Shown here: positions 22,230-35,562 of the stretch, in pieces | Numbering within the stretch: position 1 is the stretch's first letter | Layout of the letters: the number at the start of each line of letters is the position of its first letter | Assembly: GCF_001949145.1 (NCBI RefSeq) | Contig: NW_019091356.1 | Location: 2,946,713 to 3,010,712 of the forward strand | Reading direction: 5' to 3' | Source: Acanthaster planci | Lineage: Eukaryota | Length of the DNA stretch: 64,000 nucleotides | Program-made: the position numbers and the translations under genes | Notes under the pieces: generated by a model | What the model was told of the DNA's origin: nothing | What the model saw: only the letters and a program-made list of their open reading frames with translations | The model's database searches: none

Positions 22230-25200
22230 ATGGTTTCCCCAGATTCGTCGAAGAAGAAGGTAGCAAATCTCCGTGTGCAAGATCTAAAGCTGGAGCTGGA
22301 AAAAAGAGGCCTCGATCATAAAGGTGTCAAAGCAGTTCTCCTCGAAAGATTGCAGAAGGTACGAAAATAGCGTTGGCCATGTCGGCTGTGCCGTACGTAC
22401 TGCCATGACTGCAGTAGGCCAAGGCAGCATTGTCATCTAACCATGCTAACGTACGTGACGGTTATCACCCCAGAACTGTGGGGTCTGACGTCCGCTCCCA
22501 TGAACCTTTTTCGCCACAGGCTCTACATGACGTTTAACACGGCACGAACAGGGATTCTATTCTAGTTGTGTACCCATAGAAATGCTGCTCCTTTTCCCCG
22601 AAGAGTTCTNNNNNNNNNNNNNNNNNNNNNNNNNNNNNNNNNNNNNNNNNNNNNNNNNNNNNNNNNNNNNNNNNNNNNNNNNNNNNNNNNNNNNNNNNNN
22701 NNNNNNNNNNNNNNNNNNNNNNNNNNNNNNNNNNNNNNNNNNNNNNNNNNNNNNNNNNNNNNNNNNNNNNNNNNNNNNNNNNNNNNNNNNNNNNNNNNNN
22801 NNNNNNNNNNNNNNNNNNNNNNNNNNNNNNNNNNNNNNNNNNNNCAGTACCTGCCATTTTGCAAGAATCCCAGATGTTCGCACTGCCCCATTGGTAGATA
22901 GGCCCCTAGATCTTTGTACTTTAGTGTACAAGCCCCGACAAATTGGTTGAATGGCTCAGGGCTTCTTTTAGCGTGCGTATTGGCATAGTTTATGCAATGA
23001 AAATAGAGAATACGAAAATAACTTCGCGTAAAAAATGCATTCATGTTGACCCTCAATACTTAAAAAATGCTACCTTTTTTACTGTAGGACGTCAAATACG
23101 TTGTAAGGGCAACTGTGTAGCCGTATCATGCCACTCACTCATGCCGTTACTTCCTCCTCGTTGCTTGATGGCAAGCCTTCCACTCGACTGAGCACTCGCT
23201 CGATGTCGCTCTGCAAAAAAGCACGGCGACATGCATGGTGTCTCACTATAGCGCGCTTGTACGTGTACATGTGCAATACAGTGTGCTGGGGCGGTACGGA
23301 ATGCAGCTGTTCATGTAAATGGCACATGCGCGGTGTGTACTTTGGATTTGATTACATCAAATTAGTACCAATCAAAACATTGTTACGCCTTTCGTGTAGC
23401 ACAGCCAAGAGCATCATGCAGCTCCGTCCGATACATTGATAAAGTGATCGATTGTTCGAAAATAGCCCTCTAGCGGCGCACGCAGAATTAGTGTTGTCAA
23501 AATGGCATACAGACAACTTAAACTGTCGGGGCTCTTCCGCAAAACACAGCTGTGTTTGCCTTTACTCAAGCAGCTTTCTGAAGTAAGAAAATCCCATTCC
23601 CTTATCAAATTGTCTTCACAGGCTCTGATCGAGAATGGAGAGGATCCCAACGAAATAGTCATTGAAACCTCAGTCACCCCAAAGGCTGCTGCTGCCAAGA
23701 AACCTCCAACAAGTATGTCATATTCCTTTTTTTAATTTAGGTTCTGTTGCAAGAACAGGTACTTGTTAAGCTTCACTGTTATCCAAACCCATTGTCTTCC
23801 ATGCTCATTGCTTTATTGGAGGCTTCAAACATTTCATTATGATGGACGCAAAATGTGTAGTTCCCCTGTATGTTATTGAATTTTTCCCTCTGCTAATTGC
23901 TGACAAATATATAATATATTTCTCTTTATTTACAGGAAAGAGAGCATCAAAAGGAAAGTCGGGGGTAAGTGAGCTGTTCTTGTCAAATATTTATGTTGTA
24001 AATTTCAAAGAAATCAACACAAAGCCACTTGCTTCTTTAAGCATTGCCCATTAAAAATTTTTTTTGCAAAACCCATGATCATTGCCAAAATTTTTCAGTA
24101 TTTGCTAACAATAGTGACTGGAAGTGGAAATCCTACTAGTCTGTCGCACTTTTTCAGAGTTGTCCTTTTTCTTGGATTTAAAATGCCTTGACGAGCACAT
24201 TTTCTCGCATTAATCCAATATTCATGTAGCATAATTATGGTTTCAGTTTTTCAAACTGAAAACTGAAGCGTGGAAGAATGTCCAAACTCAAAACTTATAT
24301 GTACACAAAGAAAAGCTCTCTCTCGTCAAACTTATGTTACCTTTTACCATATGAATGTTTGCTCTTGGTTTTGGTTTCTGTCTGAATATCAGCTGTGTAA
24401 GTTGAGGAGGACAATCTATCACTCGACCAGAAGCTGATGCTTTTCTCCTTCCCATTATGTGCACAATTACAGGAAGATGAAGGAGAGTCTGATGACGAGG
24501 TTGAGGAGGGCATGGAAGGCCTGGGAGGAGATGGAATGGTGGTGGATGAAGTGACCGAGGAAATGGAGACTAGCCAGGAAGGAGAGACCAGTAAAGTAAG
24601 TGGCACATTTCAAAGGAATGGAAATTAATAAGAGTTGAATCGAACCCTGGAATTCTGTCGAATGTTTGACGCAAGACCAGTCATGGACCTTCCTGCCTTC
24701 CATGCTGTGGTAAAATAGCATAAATGAATTTGCTTGTCCGGTCTGAGTGTGAAGTGTACCAAATAAAACCGGCTTCAAACAAGGACCAAGGCATGCTTTC
24801 ATTCCTGTTTGGAATACCAAGTGCTTGCTGTAATGCAGCAGCGTGATGTTGGCAAGTACTGATTGGGCCTGTTTTCTTGAAGCTGTTAAGCAGAAAGCAG
24901 TGCTTGGAGATTGCGGCACTAAGCCGAAGTGAGTGGAGGACCAGTCTCAAGTAATACACGCTGTCACTCAGACTTCTTACCTGTTTTTTCGTAGTGTATA
25001 TTTTTGTGCTTAGCAGAGTTATGTGCTCAGCTGTTCTGTGAGTTTGACCTTGGGTCAACTAAGAGGCAACTGAGTCTGTTGGTGCGAAATTGCAGCCATA
25101 GAAGTCAAGTTCATTGTACCGTTTGCCAGGACTTTGAATGTTATTTCTCTGTTGATCATGGAGAATCGGCTTTACTGCTTGGGAACTAATTGTTTATTTT

Positions 25201-28200
25201 CAATCTTTCCTCACAATCTTGTGTCTAGGCTGAAGATATTGACTTGGACATCATCCTAGGAGGTCACGAGGATGACGACGACGACGTCTTGAATATCAGC
25301 CTAGAGGAAGACCAGCTCTTCACAGAAGAGGTAGGGAACAATCATATTCTTTGCTTTGGCCTCAAGTTGTATTTTGTACTCAATTCAGTTAAGCCATTTA
25401 TTTTGAATGGGTTTGTGGCAAGTCTGTCTCGCGTTTGAATGGCTTGAAAGTGACATGGTCTGAAATGTCTTGTCATGAATTCTGTACTAAATTGATCTGT
25501 AATCCGGGAATCTGTTGTTATCAGCTCAGCTCTGTAATACATGTGCATTTGTTTGTCATTGCCTGTTATAGCAGTGATGGAAATAAGAAAATAAAATTGA
25601 TTAGCAAATTTGCTAATCATTTTGCAAAGCTGGTATCGCGCTTGGGGTGTATGTACCAACGTGTAGTTCATGGTGCCACTTATCTCGTATTGAATGTACA
25701 TGTGTGCACTCGTACCACTTTGTACTACACGTGCTATATAATCCCACCAAAATGCAGCAACCTTGTTTCCCCATGATCCGTGGGCCTTGTGCTGCTGGAC
25801 ACTAGAGCAAGAAACTGGGGGTGAATTTGTTTTCTCAAACATTTCGTTTGGGGCTGTGCAGGGCCGGTTTCCGATCCATGCCGCGAGCTTGCCGCATGCA
25901 TGATTTTAAAAGTAATTAGACTGATCCTCAAGTTATAAATCTGCAGAAATTGACCGTAGATGTGATGAGCAGGCAATATGGTCTGCGCCCAGAAAACTCC
26001 AATCACCTTTACATGTGATGTACGCACGTGATGTGCATTATTTCAAGAACTGAAATTATGAAAACATGCTGAGATCAGGTGGGAAAAAGGCCAACTCACT
26101 CCACAAACCTCAATATTTACAATGTTGGTATACCTATTTCTAGTTCATTTGGAAAGAGTTTTAGATAAGGTCAACACTTCATGCCTCTGTGCACAAACCT
26201 ATGAGACTTTTCTGAAAAAAACACCCTGTTTTCTAAGTAAATGTTTAGCATTTTCTCGAAAGCCATTTCCAGCTATGTTTTTATATTCCACTTGCACCCC
26301 TGATTCAATATCTAGGAAATGTGTTCAGGGTGAAACTTTCTATTGTGGAAAGCATCTTGATGTATTTTTTTCCTTGACCTTATTTTCTGCAGGAAAATGA
26401 TGGCTTTGCACTTGAAGGCGAAAAAGGTAAAACGAGTCTACAATAGTAGGAATATTTTTGTATGTAAGGTATATAGACGTTGGAAAAATCACACACAGAC
26501 AAAATTTCAGACAAAAATGAAATCTCTTACATAAATCACTTGGCAGAAGGGCTTGTTTCTGATTGGTACATATTATAGTCTTTCCAGCATGTCCAACGAT
26601 TTTTTGAAGATGGGTTAATGAGGACTTGAAAAAAATTCACGAAAGACGTTCACTTTGAAACTTTATTTTGCTGGTCACCCCACGAGAGGGAAATGGCTTG
26701 TGCTATAATTGCTTTTATGCTGGAAAGACTAGCATATAAAGAAAGTGAGTGGATGCCAAAAGATTTCGACAGTTGGAACGTCGTTAAAGTGAGACTCATT
26801 TGATGTAACAACACAGCTCACCCCGGGACCAACCCTCAAAAATTGCCTTATGTCAGAATTCACAGCACCGATCGACATTCTAAGAGTTTATGTCATCAAG
26901 AGTTAGCAAAGGCTTGCTGGGGAAACAAGAAAACGATCAACGGTCAAAGCTGTGAAACAGCCCTTTGAAGACGAGGAGTGACATTGTGTACTTTACGGAT
27001 GGGGGCTACCTTCCGTCCGTGTACACATGTCTGAGTGCTGTCAACAACAGTCTGCAACACCAGTACCAACCTGGATCACAACACCAGAACTGTTGCTGAC
27101 AATCATCTGTATTCACCTCTCAGCACATCAGTCTCCATCCACAGAGCATGTGGTACTTCAAGCTCTTCATCTACGAGGTCGTACTTACATGGGGAACTGC
27201 TTTCGGCAAGAACCAGTAGCTGAAGGCAGTAGGATAGTTGATTGTGCCGTCTGTCATGCCATCACTCCACCACACGAAAGCACAGATAGTTGTGATCCAG
27301 TCAGCTATTTCTAGATGACGAGTCATCAAATCCCAGCCAAATTGAGCAGGTTTTTCTTCTAAGATGGCATCAAATCTGCCAGAGCTCAACACCACATTTG
27401 CTGATTGCTTAACAGCCATTGCCTCGGAAGTCAAAAGTGGGCGTGTCAAGTACAACAAAGGTTTAGTAGCCAGAAACAAGCCTTTCAATACCCAAATACA
27501 GATAAGGAAACATCCATTGAGTTCTCAAAATTACTTAAAGAATATCCTCAAAAATTTGAATGCTTTAAGCCATAACATCTGCTGAGTTTTCTTTGAAGGA
27601 TGTGCTTCATCTCCACTTTGGCGACTATTCCAGTCTTCATTAGCAGATGGAAGCTCAGAATCGAGCCCTCCAAAAACCTGTTGTTGCTTTGAACAAATGT
27701 GCTTACAATTGTTGCCTAACCCCTTTCAGCAAGTAGCAATCAGGAGGATAAAATGGAAGCCGAAGATTCCTCATCCCAAGAAGCAGAAGATGCCAAGGAA
27801 CAAGACAAGGAGGATTCTTTCCCACTGGATACATCTTTAGATACCAAGGGGGAGGGTAGCGAGTCCTTAGTAGTCCATGTTGATGAGCCTTTCATGTCGG
27901 AGCTAGACGAAGAGCTGGCTGAAACTGCCATGCCCAAGAAGTCAGAAGATACCGAGGCCGCCGCCCACGCTGATGACAATAAGTTGGCAGAAGCCAAGGG
28001 GGAGGGGCAGAAGGAGAAGGGGGAGTCTGAGCCACCGGAAAAGACCGATAAAAGCCCGGCGGGCGACGCCAAAAAAGATGAGAAGGGTGAGGAGAAGGTC
28101 ACCCCTTCTAAGGCTGCCGCTGCAGGCAAGGAATCAGGTGCGGACAAGAGAGCCCCCACCTCAGCTGGAGCTGCAAACTCACGCAGCAAAAGGTTTGTTG

Positions 28201-31200
28201 GTCATGCTGATTCTTGCTATCGTTTACTGATACTAGCTAGAGTACCTGGTTGATCGTCTTTCTAAATGCTTGGAAATCCACTTTGATTTTGTATTCTTTT
28301 TTTTTTACTGCCAATCCTTGGAGATTTGCAATTGATCATTAAGAGTTTTCCACCAAGCAACGTGGTCAAAACCATTTATCACTTCATCATTCCATCAGTG
28401 ATGTATCTACCCAGATTTAGTTATAACGGTCACGAGGAAACTAATAGCACTTCCGTCGTTTGGGCCTGTGCGGGTGACTGGTTAGAGCATTTGGGATGAG
28501 GATCAGTCTGTCTTCCATTAGGCTTTAGGGAGGAGAGAAGATCGGCCAAGATGGAACCTTGAAGCTGACTGCTGTCCGCCTAGCTCTTGATCAATCGTGT
28601 GCACCTGAGGTCAAAACAAGAAGGCTAAAATATTATTGCTGCTGGACTTTACGTGTAACTGATGGATGGAGCTGAAGTCTGCCTGTTACCATTCACATGC
28701 GAATTTGCTGCATTTTTATGCTGCCGATGGAAAATCAAATTGCATATACATGCTCTGTTGATGCTCACGAGACTTCTTAAAGCCTGTAGCCTAAAGTTTT
28801 GATTTCATGAAAAAGTTCATTTTTTTCAGTGTATAGTCTCCATGTAAAATACAAAAAAAACCAGCCAGCTCATGTATGAACATCATAAGTCTCGAATATG
28901 CACAATGGACGCGTCTTCATGTATGGCTCAGGTGATGTTCTCATCTTGTGAAGGTTCCCATCAGAGAGTCTAAGCAGGTGATAGCTCTTCTGGTCTCTCA
29001 CATGTACATTCAAAACGATTTTTGTCGGGGGAACTTGGACCTTAAGCGCAGTGACTTCTGTTTCTTGGAGTGCCTCTTTCTTGGTAGTGTTGCCCCTTGC
29101 AGAGTTTGAGAAATGCGCTCTTCTACGTGAAGTACCATAGTGATTTCACAAAAGAAAAAAAATCAACAATTCCACACTTGAAAATATGAAAATAGAAACC
29201 GTACTGAATTTTTTTTCTCCAGATCATATAGTGCTTTTTCTGGCAGTACTAACACTTAGAATGGCATTTGTAGTAGTGGTTGAAGTTATTATCTTTATTG
29301 TCCAATTGTAGCACAGCTTTCTGTGTTGGCTGATAGTAACATCTTCACATTTTTTATTTATGGCGTTGTTTATTAGTGGCAAACATTTCTTGGGAAAAAA
29401 GTTGGATATCTGCGTGACATGTCTGTGTCGTTTACCCACAGGTAGGTTTGAAATGTAATTGCCCTCATCCAGTGATTTGCAATTAGCTGTTGTTACCATT
29501 TCCTCTTCTCTAATACTTTCTCTTGAAATTCTTTCCACAGCTCCAGTTCTTCTGGGCGATCCCCATCTTCCAAAGATGAAAAAGGTTGGTACTATTTCAA
29601 CTGAGAAATGTGCTCCTGTTTATGCAATCAGTGATGTCAATTTTGGTTGCAGGACATGCCTCAAGTCAGAAGCATTTCATTTGCAGAGGTTGTGGAGACG
29701 CACTGAGTAATGGATACTTCTATCATTGCTCCACAAATCTCTCAATGGTTCTAAACCTAAAGTTAAAATTAAGCTTGGGATTGATGTTTCTTTTTTGGGG
29801 GGGCTATTTCTTGATTTTGCACCATTCCTGTTCTTGATTTTAGAAGATTCTTCATTCAGGTTTAGCTTTTTCATGCATTCTGTGTTAATAATTCTGAATA
29901 GTCAATTTATTGCCATTGTTGAATGTTTTGTAGTCTGTTCATCCTCCAGTTTTCCTCTTATATTGCAGACGTGGGTCCAGGCACATTCCAAACTTTAACA
30001 GCCCTGAAATTTTTGTTTGCAGTTGTTAGATTGCACACATTCCACACTTTGACCGCTCTGGAATTTTTTGTTAGATCGGCGTGGCTCAGGGTCATCTCGG
30101 CCAGGCTCCGGCGGCTCAGGAACCACCTCCGGCCGTAATCTGTGGGTGAGCAACCTGTCCAGGAACACACGTGCGGCTGACCTGAAGGCCTCCTTCAGCA
30201 AGTATGGGAAGGTAGGTGCCTGGTTTCCTGTAAAGAGCTGTCAGGATGGTATAGCTCTCTCTCATTGGAACCATCTTTGTTAGCAAACAACTGCTTATTC
30301 AGTGCCCTCATGTGTGTGTGCACTGTGGAAATGCTCTATACATGTGTACAGAATGTATGTGTTGATCCAAATGTCTTTGAAATACAGTATAGCTGATGTG
30401 TGTCATGAAAATTTGAAGTCTGAAATCCCAATACACTCGGCAGTCTGTAAAAAGTGATGTCATTTGATAGAAAGCCATTGCATTGATCATCCTCATCTTT
30501 CAAGGAAGGTCCAAGCGCTGGTGCCATGCCCTCTAATTTCTGAAACAATTGGAACATGTTGCATCCTCCCGTAGGTTGTCGGTGCCAAAGTAGTGACCAA
30601 CGCTAGGGGACCCAGGGCCTTCTGTTACGGTTTTGTGTCCATGTCATCGAGTTCAGAGGCAGCAAAGGCCATCAACCATCTTCACCGCACTGAGCTCCAC
30701 GGACGCACCATCCATGTTGAAAGAGTGAGTCTTGTGTCGGAATGAGGATTTCAGACCTTAGGAAATCATCAGTAGTTTCCCCCATTTCAGATCCCAGAAA
30801 TTACAGTGAAATGTTACACAGTGTCATTGAGTGTTGACTTAGAAGCATGATTAAATGTGATGTATGACTTCTGCTGTGAATTCTGACATGACTGTTGAAA
30901 TGTGCTTTACAATTATGCAAAGTTTAGAGTAACAGGTATGTTTGAAGGAAGATCTTTAGTGATGAGTTGGTAGTTGACCAACTTGTCCACGTTGTGCTTC
31001 TCTGCTAGGCACGTTCCAACATGATTCCAGTTGCGTCAACGTCAGGGGCGTCGGGCCGTAAGAAGGAACCGTCCCCAGAGGACAAGGATAAGAAGCTGGC
31101 CGAGAAGGTGGATACTGCAGAGGCCAAGCGCAGTGGAGAGGCAGCCAAGAAAGACGAGAAGGCACTTGCTACAGCAGCTGCTGCTGCCCCGGACAGCAAG

Positions 31201-33472
31201 GAGGAGAAAGCCCTGACACCTGCTGCCAAGAAAGACGGGGAGCCTGTGAAGGAGGATGCCAATAAGGATGAAGGCATGGATAAGGAGGCAGCAGCGGATG
31301 AATCAGAGGAGACAGGTTGGATTACTGACCTTGTACTTGTTAAATTAATGGAAGGTTTTCACATTTGGTAGTAATTTATTTTTTAAAGAAATAATCAGTG
31401 AAATTGGGAGATGAATTTGATGACATCGTCTGAAAGGTTATCTCCAAGTCCATAGTAAATGATGGATGACAAAATGGAGGAGTACAGTTATATATGTTGT
31501 CACTGTGACCAGAGTCTGCTTTATTGGCATTCAGGTAATTGTGATGTTTAACATTAGTGATTGTATCTGGGGAGGTTGTGTCTCTCTTTTCTTTTCAGCT
31601 GATGATAAACCAGCCAGTGGCTCACAACCTGAAGGCAAGACCGAAGCCACGGATAAGAAAGATGGCGATAACGACGAAGGACGCCCCCACAGTTCCCGAT
31701 CCAGCACCGCTGATGGAGACAAGCAAGACTCCAAGGACCGCAAAGACATCCTGTCCCTCGACAAGATCAAGGAGCAGCGCATGCGCGAGAGACAGCGCAA
31801 GCGGGAGCGAGACCAGCGTGAGATGGAGCGACGCAGGGAGAGGGAGAGGCAGGACTCCCTTCGGCGAGAGAGGGAGATGATCCGCCGACAGCAGCGGCAG
31901 CAGGAAGAGCAGCTGCGCCGGCAGCGGGAGCAGCTGCGCCTGGCACAGCAGCAAGAGCGGCTTGAGCGCCAGAGCATCGAGTGGGAGCGGATGAAGTTGC
32001 AGCAGGAGAGGGAGAACCTGCAGCGAGAGCTGGAGCAGCACCGGCAGATGGAGATGCAGCTGCGGCTGGCTGCTGAGCGTCAGGCAACCTTGAAGAGGTC
32101 CCTCGACACCAGAAATATGGCACCGCGTGAAGTGGATCCCTACCTTGGAGATCAGAAGCGAAGGGCCCCAGGTGGACCACAAGGTCGAGGGGAATTCAAC
32201 AACAATGGTCCCAACAGAGGTGGCATGGCCATAACCACGCATGTGGTCAACCAAGAGAGGGCACCAGATAGGTTCAATCGTCGAGACACCAGGCAGATGG
32301 ATTCGGGGCAGCGGCGTGATGATGCTCCTCCTCCGAACAAGTTCACAGGGCCATCGCCTAGGCGTAACGACCAAGGAAGAAGAGATGATCCTCGACGTGA
32401 AGATGTCCGCCAGCGACCCCAAAACAGGAATGAGCCAATGAGACGAGATGACCAGCCTCGTCGCGGTGGTCCACCCCAGCGTCGTGATGAACCCCCTCCC
32501 TCTCAGCATCAACGGCGGGATGAAGGCCCCAAGCGGGGATCTGGCAACTTCCGACGAGAAGAAGGGGTGAAACATCGTGATCAGCCCGATCGGAGAATGG
32601 ACACATCTCAGAGACAAGCCCCCAGAGGTGAGCCCAGAAGAGATTCACGAGGGGATGGCAACATGAGAGAGGACCGCCGAGGACCGCCTCAAAACCAAGG
32701 CAACCGCTACCAAGGGGGGCAGGGGCAGTCCAGGGGTGGGAATGCACCCTCCTATGGGGGCAGAGATAGTGGCCACCCCAGCAGTGCCCGTGATGGTCAC
32801 AGGGATCGAGACAGGGATGCAGACAGAGGGGACAGGTCTCGCGACTCCTCTCATCAGGGCCCGTCAAGAATGGGAGGATCTCACGGAGGGGATTCCCGCG
32901 ATAACTGGAAGGGAGGTCGTGATTCTAGCATGTCGGGCCCGGGCAGCCGGTCGTCAGATTGGAAGTCCAACCAGCGTGGTGGTGGGGATCGCTCCTATGA
33001 CCGTGATGGCCGCTCACAAAATTATGAGCGTGGTCAAGGCAGTGGTAGTTGGGGTGGTGATGGTCGTTCGGGGGGCCGCGATGATCATCCTCAGCGCGGC
33101 AGTCTGTTAGGCTCGCCCCCCATCCAAGATGCCAACTGGGCTGGCGGCAACATGGATGCCCCCATGAATCGGGGCTCTGGCTCTCTGGTAATGCAGGGCT
33201 CCTCTCATATCTCCTCCCTGATGAACCAGAGCCAGCCAATCAGTTCGCTGCTCAACACCCCATCCATGTCGGGTCCGTTCATCAGCGGTGGGAGCGTCAG
33301 TGGTGGTCTCGGGGGTGGTGTTGGCATGATGCAACAGGTGCCACTTGGGGGTGGAGGCGGGAGCTCTTACATGGGAAGTCAAATGAGTGTGGGAGGCTCT
33401 AGTGGTGGTGGGTCTATGGATCGTCATCGGTCCTCGCAGAGTGATGGCCGGTTCGGTGTGCGTCGCTACTAA
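22230..33472 (+). CDS. SAFB: Scaffold attachment factor B-like protein, paralogue B (SAP, acidic, RRM, R/E-rich, RG-rich tail), about 1160 aa, 12 coding exons
   Basis: Phase-consistent GT-AG exons: 22230-22358, 23622-23712, 23936-23964, 24473-24595, 25229-25330, 26393-26426, 27730-28192, 29541-29584, 30075-30211, 30575-30724, 31009-31315, 31599-33472 (3483 nt). [92 protein letters not shown]...[16 protein letters not shown], a canonical SAFB/SLTM RRM. Also [12 protein letters not shown], and the protein ends [10 protein letters not shown]. Confidence 0.95.
22610..22844. other. Assembly gap (N run) in intron 1 of SAFB-B
   Basis: 235 N characters. Confidence 1.
26576..26731. mobile_element. 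MITE with perfect terminal inverted repeat (TA-flanked, possibly Tc1/mariner-type)
   Basis: TAGTCTTTCCAGCAT ... ATGCTGGAAAGACTA (15 of 15 match). Confidence 0.65.
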
Positions 33473-34788
33473 AAAAAATTTCCAAAACAAGCGACAAGGC
33501 TGTTTTACGTGTTTTAAATAACCAGTCTTAGTATGTTTTTATATAAGTTTTGTTGCTAGAATTCTCTGCAGATTGCGTGGTTGTACATGTAACTCTCACA
33601 TTATTAAATCACCACTGAATCATAGATGCGTCCATGAACCTAGTCTTATGATTTCTCAGGATGGAAACATTCCTGTGGTGGTAGAAATATCTTTGACACT
33701 TTTTATTGTTCGAGACGAAGCACAATGGACCACCTGTTTACATTTTTTTTTTAGTGTGAAATCAGTGTACAGTGTTGTAGGGTAGTGTTGCTTGTCAACT
33801 ATAAAACAGAAGTTCAGATTTTTGGACTTGTTGCCCAGGTTTAAGCATGTTTATTCATTTGTAGGTTAAGAGAAAAAGAATTTTTTAACCATTAATCAAG
33901 TGATGAAGTTGTATTAATGAGAAGATTTGATGTTTAAGCTATTGGAAAACAATGTAACAGAAAATGTTGTTGCTGTTATATCTCAGAAGATAAACGGATT
34001 CTTATGAATTACTTGCTAACATGTAGGGCAAGGGGGGTTAACAGATTTTTGATGTTAATATTTTACTGCTCCAAAACAGAATTTAACTTGTTCTCTCTCT
34101 TTTTTTTTAATCCCCAACATTTTAGTCTTTTTTGTCTTTTCTCCAACTTGTAGAAGCCATTGGGTGAAATCATGAAAGAGTTAGCAGCCATTATAAGAAG
34201 GTGGCCGAAGTATGTGTATTGCTCAAAGGGGGAGCATAACTGTCATTAAGGGAGTTGAAAAGGGTTACTGTTAATGTTTTTGTCGGCAAGAAGTGTGACT
34301 TGAAACCCTGTGGATTCACCAGTGATAATCTTGATATAAATGAAGTGCACATGTATTCCGTGAAGCTTCAGATACAAATGCATTTTAAGTTGAATTTTCC
34401 TTTTCTGGTGTGATAAAAGCACTCGTCTTAAAAAATACTTGTGAAGTGCTGAAGAAGTGTTGTGTCGCACATGTACTGCAGATTTTTGAACACGTTTGAA
34501 CGAGACATTTTTGTATTGAGTTGGGCGGGCTGTGATGGACTATCCTGAAAATCCTGTGGTGCACTTGACATTTTCTAAAGTGTAAAACATTTTGTATGCG
34601 TAACTAATCATTGTATTGGCCTTTCCATTTCTCTTGTGGAAAACGAGACGTTATTTTACAATATGCAGAATGCATTCATTTTAATTGAGCAGTTACATTT
34701 CTTTGGTGGTTCGTGATTTGTGAAAACAGTTAATCATACTTAATTCAAACACACTTCAACTTCGTTGTTGCCCGGGAAAGTTGTATGA

Positions 34789-34794
34789 AATAAA
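34789..34794 (+). terminator. Candidate polyadenylation signal for SAFB-B (3' UTR about 1.3 kb)
   Basis: AATAAA at the end of a T-rich UTR-like stretch, with GT-rich sequence downstream. Confidence 0.55.
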
Positions 34795-34882
34795 GAACTC
34801 TTAACAGAACTTTAAAAAAGTTGTTTCACGCTGAGATGTAATTTTTGTACGTTAGTCTCAATAGTCTGATGATAATCACGGA

Positions 34883-35141
34883 CAGTCAAACCTCGTTAAT
34901 AGGGGATCTGTTGATACAACAATCTGCTCGTTACATGGAAATTTTTAGGTCCCAATCCTTTATCCGTCATTGTTCGGATCCATCATAATACATGCACAAG
35001 GTTCATAACAATAGAATCGGCAAATTTCGAAGGATATGTTACTGATGATGGACTCGTCGATTTTTCGCGAAAATTTTGTAATCTGTATGTACGAGCCTCG
35101 AGCTGCACCAAGAGAGGGCGCAAGCTTCTTAGCAACGAGGG
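34883..35141. mobile_element. Possible decayed pogo/Tigger-like MITE
   Basis: Starts CAGTCAAACCTCGTT. Only a weak counterpart (aacgaggg) is seen at about 35132-35141. Confidence 0.3.
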
Positions 35142-35184
35142 CTCTTTCAGGGTGCAGACCACTAATTCAAGTGAGAATTTCTGA

Positions 35185-35530
35185 CCAGCTCATTAGCATT
35201 AAAAGTGCCCCCCCCCCACAGTATCTTTGGAAAAAGGAGATTGTTTGGCCCCCAAAATGGAGAGACTGTGTAAATCGTTGCGAGGATCAACTTTCTGGGT
35301 CTTTGAGCTTTCATATGAGAGCAGAAGGGCTAAAAACTACGGTTGAAAAATGGTCCTAAGTGCCCGAGAAAGTTGAGGGTTGCCACTTGGAAAATGGCTG
35401 CAATCGGACTTCGGAAAAATCACTTTTTGGGGGGTAATTTTGTTTTGTGGGAATAATTAAAAATGTAATTGGTTGACCCACCAAAAATTGAAAAGAAATT
35501 GAAAGATAAGTGACCAGACAAGAATTTCAT
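35185..35530 (-). repeat. Interspersed repeat fragment, same family as 20510-20830
   Basis: Reverse-complement similarity over about 300 bp. It abuts the assembly gap. Confidence 0.75.
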
Positions 35531-35533
35531 TGT

Positions 35534-35562
35534 NNNNNNNNNNNNNNNNNNNNNNNNNNNNN
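35534..35562. other. Assembly gap (N run)
   Basis: 29 N characters. Confidence 1.

Noticed and set aside
22534..23056. ORFs spanning the N run
   Set aside because: Artefacts of the assembly gap.
31466..31598. Hydrophobic N-terminus of the 668-aa ORF suggesting a membrane anchor
   Set aside because: Intron sequence upstream of the acceptor at 31598/31599.
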